Program-made: the position numbers and the translations under genes
The notes under the pieces: model-generated
Databases searched by the model: none
The model's input: the letters and a program-made list of their open reading frames with translations, nothing else
What the model was told of the DNA's origin: nothing
Virus record (IMG/VR): IMGVR_UViG_3300038960_000189
Source of the DNA: an uncultured virus (IMG/VR IMGVR_UViG_3300038960_000189)
Lineage: Duplodnaviria; Heunggongvirae; Uroviricota; Caudoviricetes
Reading direction: 5' to 3' (one strand)
DNA: 64,000 bases
In this document: positions 59,201-64,000 of the stretch, in pieces
Layout: every line of letters starts with the position of its first letter
How positions within the stretch are numbered: position 1 is the first letter of the stretch

Positions 59201-61720
59201 TTATCCAAATGAAAAGAATTTACTAACATTATTATTTTCTGGAAGTTTATCCCAATTCATTGACGCATAAAAATCATCTAATTTACCACGAATCTCTCTA
59301 TCAAATATTTTATTTCTATCAATATATCGTTCTACAAATTCTGTTATAGCTCTTGGATCATCATATCCTCTTAAAGCAATTGTATCAAAGCCCATTGCAT
59401 TATGTTTAAGATATGCCCATTTAATTTTATCTCCGTCTTGTATTTCTGGAACTACTTTTCTTCTTTTATTGATACCTAAATGTTTTAGCATATCATTGTA
59501 ATTGATTGCAGACTTAACATGTACTGGAGTACCTGATATATAACCGGATAATGCCTTTCTACCTTTTGTATACTTTGTAATATTTTTAACTCCTGTATTT
59601 TTCATTACATCTAGTATTGGTGAGTCTTGTATTTTATCTTTGAAATCCATTATCAAATTAGTAGTGTCATTTTTTGACTTTTCTTTAAGAACATACCATA
59701 ATGTTTCTTTCATTATAGTTTTGAATTCGGTAGGAAATGAGGATCTAACTACGTCTAATCCTTTTATATCCATTTTATCTGTAGGTTTACCTTCTTTGAA
59801 TATTACCCATTGAGCATATCTCTTTTTTGCTATCCACAAACCAGATTTTGCAACATATTCTTGTTTTATTTGCCATCTATGATCAGATGTATTATGAAAA
59901 TGAATTGCATACTGATCGTACATTTTATTTACATGATCCTGTATTTCTGATGCTATTTCATTGGTCTTTTCAATCATAAACTTTTCATCAGATTCATCAA
60001 ATCCTGGATATCTTTTTTCTATGAGAGGTAAACTAGATACAAATGTTGAGTCTGTATCTGTATAAAATGAAAATTCTGCTTTATTACCATTTGCATTAAT
60101 AAAATAATTTTTGCCTATTTCTTTTTTGTAGTATCCATTAATAACTTTTGCAGAAAATTTAATAACACTTTGACCTGTTGCTGTGATAGCTCCTGCATTA
60201 TCTAAATCATGAAATCTAAATGTTTTTAATCCTAATACTCCATAAAATGAGTTGAGCAATACTTTTTGTGTTAATTGCATTGCATCATAAAATTTATATT
60301 TATCGCTTCCAACTTCATGATTATCACGTTCGTTTTTAAATTTAACACGTTCATCAAACCATTTTTCCAATATTTTTGGAAGAAATCCTTTACTTCTTGT
60401 GTCATATACAACCCCATTACTCGCAACAGTAAATTTATTATCAATTAACCATTGTCTAACATCTGGAATAGTTTGTCCATTACATGTTACACTAACAGGA
60501 ACTTTTTGTAATAATGACTCTTGATCCCAATTTGGAATAACACCTATTTTAGTCTCTGGAGATATATTGAGGCTCATTATAATCGAAGGATATAGAGATG
60601 TTAAATCTAAATCATATATCCATTTGTATAATCCTGGAATTGGAGGCATAACATATGCACCGGCTAGTTTACTTTGCGATTCATCCTCGATAAATCTAAA
60701 TTGTTTATTTGGAGCTACTAATCCATTTCTTTTTAAATCTACAATAGCTGCTCCATCTAGATATTTAGATGCATAATAAACATCTTCATATGGAACATGA
60801 CCTTTATGGCATATAGTTCTAGCTAAATTAATTAATTGTAACTTTTCATCTAGTTCGAATACAAGATCAACATCAGTCATGTTATATTCAATAAATTTAT
60901 GAATATCTGTAACAAATAAATCGTCTAAATCACCATCATATTCAATTTTACCTTTTCCTAATTCTGTTTTAGCTACTGTGTCCAATCTATAATTAGGAAG
61001 CTCTGTATATGTAAAATTTTTATATAGTTTAATGTAATCTAAACTTGATACACCAAATATTTTATATCGTTCACGATGTTTATTCCATTCTACAATCCCA
61101 GCTGGTGATAATTTATTTGCAGACTTTGGACCTAATACTTTTTTGATTCTATTAATAAGATATGGAATATCATAGCCATCTGTATTCCACCCGGATATAA
61201 CAGTAGGTTGTATTTGTGAAAAATAATTAATAAACTTAATCAATAGATTAGCCTCATTGTCAAATACTTCTACAGTGTAATTATCGCCGTAAATAACATC
61301 ATCGTTTAATCTATTTTTAGTGTCTAATACAAGTACCCTTCTATCTTTTCCAACTTTATCATAATATGCAATTGATGTTATTTCTGTCCGAACATCCTCT
61401 GGTGTTGAATATCCTTCTTCATCTTTTGCAGTTTCTATATCAAAGAAAAAATCAATATGTCCTTCAGAAACTAAATCAGATTCATAATATAAGTCTATCA
61501 ATGTTCTAACTTCTTCATTTAAGTCAGATTCATACGCATCTGAGTTGTCTTTATGATTACCAGGAGTCTTTGATAATTTAGTACCATTTAATGACACATA
61601 ATCACCATTTTGATCTGGTAAGTATCCATATGGTTTAAATGTAAATGTTTTATGACCTAATTGATCATCCCACACGTGCATTGTATTAGTTCTTTTTTGG
61701 TATGCTATATTCTGATACAT
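59201..61720 (-). CDS. family B DNA polymerase (T4 gp43-like)
   Basis: Exo DIET, GWNTDGYD, YNMTDV; Pol DLTSLYPSII, KVLLNSFYG, YTDTDS, KKRY. Confidence 0.97.
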   Translation of the reverse strand: MYQNIAYQKRTNTMHVWDDQLGHKTFTFKPYGYLPDQNGDYVSLNGTKLSKTPGNHKDNSDAYESDLNEEVRTLIDLYYESDLVSEGHIDFFFDIETAKDEEGYSTPEDVRTEITSIAYYDKVGKDRRVLVLDTKNRLNDDVIYGDNYTVEVFDNEANLLIKFINYFSQIQPTVISGWNTDGYDIPYLINRIKKVLGPKSANKLSPAGIVEWNKHRERYKIFGVSSLDYIKLYKNFTYTELPNYRLDTVAKTELGKGKIEYDGDLDDLFVTDIHKFIEYNMTDVDLVFELDEKLQLINLARTICHKGHVPYEDVYYASKYLDGAAIVDLKRNGLVAPNKQFRFIEDESQSKLAGAYVMPPIPGLYKWIYDLDLTSLYPSIIMSLNISPETKIGVIPNWDQESLLQKVPVSVTCNGQTIPDVRQWLIDNKFTVASNGVVYDTRSKGFLPKILEKWFDERVKFKNERDNHEVGSDKYKFYDAMQLTQKVLLNSFYGVLGLKTFRFHDLDNAGAITATGQSVIKFSAKVINGYYKKEIGKNYFINANGNKAEFSFYTDTDSTFVSSLPLIEKRYPGFDESDEKFMIEKTNEIASEIQDHVNKMYDQYAIHFHNTSDHRWQIKQEYVAKSGLWIAKKRYAQWVIFKEGKPTDKMDIKGLDVVRSSFPTEFKTIMKETLWYVLKEKSKNDTTNLIMDFKDKIQDSPILDVMKNTGVKNITKYTKGRKALSGYISGTPVHVKSAINYNDMLKHLGINKRRKVVPEIQDGDKIKWAYLKHNAMGFDTIALRGYDDPRAITEFVERYIDRNKIFDREIRGKLDDFYASMNWDKLPENNNVSKFFSFG

Positions 61721-61954
61721 TTATTGTTCTTCTGCTTTTTTATTTCTAATATTATACATTCCATAGACATTGATTGATATAATAATAAGACTTAATACTA
61801 AATGACTAAAATTGTCGATAAGAAAATCATATGTTACCCATCCAATGTCGCCAATAATCCAAGCAATCATTGCATATGTAAATAATTGACGGGCGTTGCA
61901 TATATATCCTAATAGTACTAATGCCGTGCTAATCCACCCTAAAAATTCTATCAT
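61721..61954 (-). CDS. three-TM small membrane protein
   Basis: Hydrophobic helices, LGW...W..G...W pattern. Confidence 0.6.
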   Translation of the reverse strand: MIEFLGWISTALVLLGYICNARQLFTYAMIAWIIGDIGWVTYDFLIDNFSHLVLSLIIISINVYGMYNIRNKKAEEQ

Positions 61955-61956
61955 TA

Positions 61957-62991
61957 TTATAATATAAGTAATTCTTTTTGTTTTTCCAATACCGGAAGTA
62001 TAGCTAATTCTTTTGCTTTTGCTTCTACCACAACATCAAGATTATCAACACCATATGTATTAGGAGTATCTAATATATAGTCTGCATGAGCTTGTTCTTT
62101 TATCTTACTAAATATTTTATATTCTTTTTCAAATGTTGGCCATTCATGTATATTGTCTAACGATATATTATGATGCTCAAACATTTTTTCTATTAGTAAT
62201 TTTTGCTCTTTACGTCTAGATTCTGAATAATGAGTACATTGAGTAATTCCATGCATTTCCCACGTTTCTCGAGCCATAAAGAATGCCTCACGTTCAGATA
62301 AATCGCCTGTACAAAAGGTATGATGCCAATAGTCAAATGTAATAGGAATGTCAATATATTTGTGTATAAGTTCGTATAGATGCCGTACGCTGTACATTGA
62401 TGCCTTATCATCATTCTCTAATACTAATCTGGACTTGCATGATTCAGAAAGACGATGCCAATTCTTAATCCACCTTTTAGCAGTAGCTTCACGATCACCA
62501 TATGCACCAGCTACATGAATATTTATCTTGTTTTCAAAGGATGGTGTATATCCCATTAGATCAAACATTTCAGAGTGTCGTTCTAATCCAATAAGACTTT
62601 TTTCTACTACTTCTTGTCTAGGAGAACCTAATACATGGAATGGTCCAGGATGGGTAGTTAAACGATGACCATGTTTTCGAGCATACTCTCCACATTCAAA
62701 TAACTTTTCTGATATTGCTTCATAGTCTGGAAGATCATGTAATTCATAATGATCGTGCCATGGAAATAATTCTGATCCAACTCTAAATAAGGTGATGCCA
62801 TGCTCTTGATTCCATTTAAGATAAGTTAATAAATCAGTTGCATTTTCTAAAGCCTTATCACTAATAAGTTGTAAATTGTTTGGATACCAAGATGCTTTTC
62901 TAGCAGTTCGTGAAGTTGTTACTCTGCCTCCTAGTTTTTTAGGTCTATTTGTGAGTGTCATATTGACACAAGCATAACCATATCTAATCAT
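61957..62991 (-). CDS. uvsE: UV-damage endonuclease
   Basis: GYACVN, LFRVGSELFP, RLTTHPGPF, NIHVAG, LVLENDD, FDYWHH, HYSES, AHADY, EAKAKE. Confidence 0.95.
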   Translation of the reverse strand: MIRYGYACVNMTLTNRPKKLGGRVTTSRTARKASWYPNNLQLISDKALENATDLLTYLKWNQEHGITLFRVGSELFPWHDHYELHDLPDYEAISEKLFECGEYARKHGHRLTTHPGPFHVLGSPRQEVVEKSLIGLERHSEMFDLMGYTPSFENKINIHVAGAYGDREATAKRWIKNWHRLSESCKSRLVLENDDKASMYSVRHLYELIHKYIDIPITFDYWHHTFCTGDLSEREAFFMARETWEMHGITQCTHYSESRRKEQKLLIEKMFEHHNISLDNIHEWPTFEKEYKIFSKIKEQAHADYILDTPNTYGVDNLDVVVEAKAKELAILPVLEKQKELLIL

Positions 62992-63032
62992 ATTTTTATT
63001 TTATAATAAGAAAATATATTGAAAGATCAAAG

Positions 63033-63515
63033 TTATTTTTCAAATATTACGTATGGTTGTGGCCGATTTATGAGTGCTGTCCACATTTCTTCTGCCCATA
63101 TATCTGCAGATATTTCCCATGGTCGTATGTCCCATGGGAGATCGTTATTCATTTTTTGACCCATCCATCTTGGAGGGTATTGGCTAAGATTGCCTAACGT
63201 CATATCAATTATATGCCCTAATTCATGTAGTATTACCCATTTTCGTTGTTGCTTATTTTTACATGTATAATTAATGTCAATTGCATACATCTTTGGTGAT
63301 ATTTGATAAGCAAATCCATCGATGCCAGGAAATAATGGAGATTTTGGTTTGAAAAGTATTGTTATTGTAGAATCCTTTATAAAATTCTTTGCAGCTCTAT
63401 AAAGTAAAATAGTTTCATATGGGTCTGCATCTGGTGTTGAAATTATCGATTGAGACCTTAGGTTAAAAGGAATAATGCATAACAATATTATTAGAGTTAA
63501 TTTTTTCACATTCAA
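63033..63515 (-). CDS. secreted HExxH metallopeptidase-like protein
   Basis: Signal peptide; ILHELGH...PWEISA. Confidence 0.7.
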   Translation of the reverse strand: MNVKKLTLIILLCIIPFNLRSQSIISTPDADPYETILLYRAAKNFIKDSTITILFKPKSPLFPGIDGFAYQISPKMYAIDINYTCKNKQQRKWVILHELGHIIDMTLGNLSQYPPRWMGQKMNNDLPWDIRPWEISADIWAEEMWTALINRPQPYVIFEK

Positions 63516-64000
63516 TCTTTAATTTTAATAACAATATCGTGAGGAGCTGTTTCATCTCCACCGAAATATGGATATAAATAATAATTTTTATAGATTGTTC
63601 CACATGATCTAGGTGTTTCTGTTACTACACCGTCGACTGCTATAACATATTTATCTTCATCTAGTTCAATCATACAATAAATAATTTCATTGAAATCAAC
63701 TGTTTTTATCTTACCATATGAAAATTCTCCAAATTCATGTTTAAACCAAAGTAATTCTAAACTTTCATTATACCATCGCCAACCAATTCGTATTGAAGAT
63801 TGCATATGATGTTGACCGCAGTCACTAACACCATATAATTTATTTATGTCAGCTTGATTGTTAGGATCTTTTGTTATATATTTAGCAGTTTCATTAAATA
63901 TAACTTCAAATTCAATTACTGATCTCCAATCTCGTTTTAACTTGAATGTAGATCGGTGTTTATCTTTTTTGATACGATAAGTTCGAAATCCATTTTCATC
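63512..64000 (-). CDS. hypothetical protein, probably 5'-truncated by the window edge
   Basis: Reading frame appears open beyond the ORF-track start; C-terminal YPYFGGDETAPHD. Confidence 0.55.
   Translation of the reverse strand, partial: DENGFRTYRIKKDKHRSTFKLKRDWRSVIEFEVIFNETAKYITKDPNNQADINKLYGVSDCGQHHMQSSIRIGWRWYNESLELLWFKHEFGEFSYGKIKTVDFNEIIYCMIELDEDKYVIAVDGVVTETPRSCGTIYKNYYLYPYFGGDETAPHDIVIKIKD

Noticed and set aside
653..60776. Plus-strand ORFs in the ORF track other than 26344-26706
   Set aside because: They are antisense shadows of well-supported minus-strand genes, with no motifs or promoter context.
59201..61720. Intein or intron in the DNA polymerase
   Set aside because: Continuous 839-aa ORF of normal length with all motifs in order.
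1..64000. Stop-codon reassignment, DGR/retron, integrase or transposase
   Set aside because: Known genes are full length in the standard code, TAA, TAG and TGA all act as stops, and no reverse transcriptase, recombinase or transposase motifs were seen.

Overview
A 64 kb AT-rich segment of a large lytic dsDNA phage with a T4-like replisome. The host is probably a Bacteroidota/Flavobacteriia bacterium, judged from T9SS C-terminal domains, a Bacteroidota-type ClpS and cytochrome c, and A-rich starts without a Shine-Dalgarno site. Almost every gene is on the minus strand. Layout: (1) 0.3-7.7 kb, small putative early genes, each behind a repeated promoter/hairpin cassette (TTGAC[T/A]-17-TATATT) and most starting with a shared AGAGATATG motif, including a sigma-70 factor, an HD alarmone hydrolase and an AAA ATPase; (2) 8.1-8.6 kb, a 16-copy iteron-like array; (3) 9.9-10.4 kb, a large, highly structured non-coding RNA candidate; (4) 10-28 kb, host-takeover and auxiliary genes (MazG, MgsA, SNase, cytochrome c, DksA/TraR, vWA plus MoxR-type AAA, T9SS-CTD proteins); (5) 28-42 kb, virion and lysis genes; (6) 43-50 kb, a glycosylation island; (7) 50-64 kb, replication and DNA-modification genes (clamp, clamp loader, PolB, DpdA/TGT-like, glycosyltransferase, QueD-like, UvsE). 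The most striking observation is a pair of 3'-UTR RNA elements (pseudoknot + CAUAUCUCU seed + terminator) antisense to the start motif shared by at least ten genes, nine of them in the early block. This is a candidate phage sRNA switch for early-gene shut-off. All calls come from motif recognition by eye; no searches were run.
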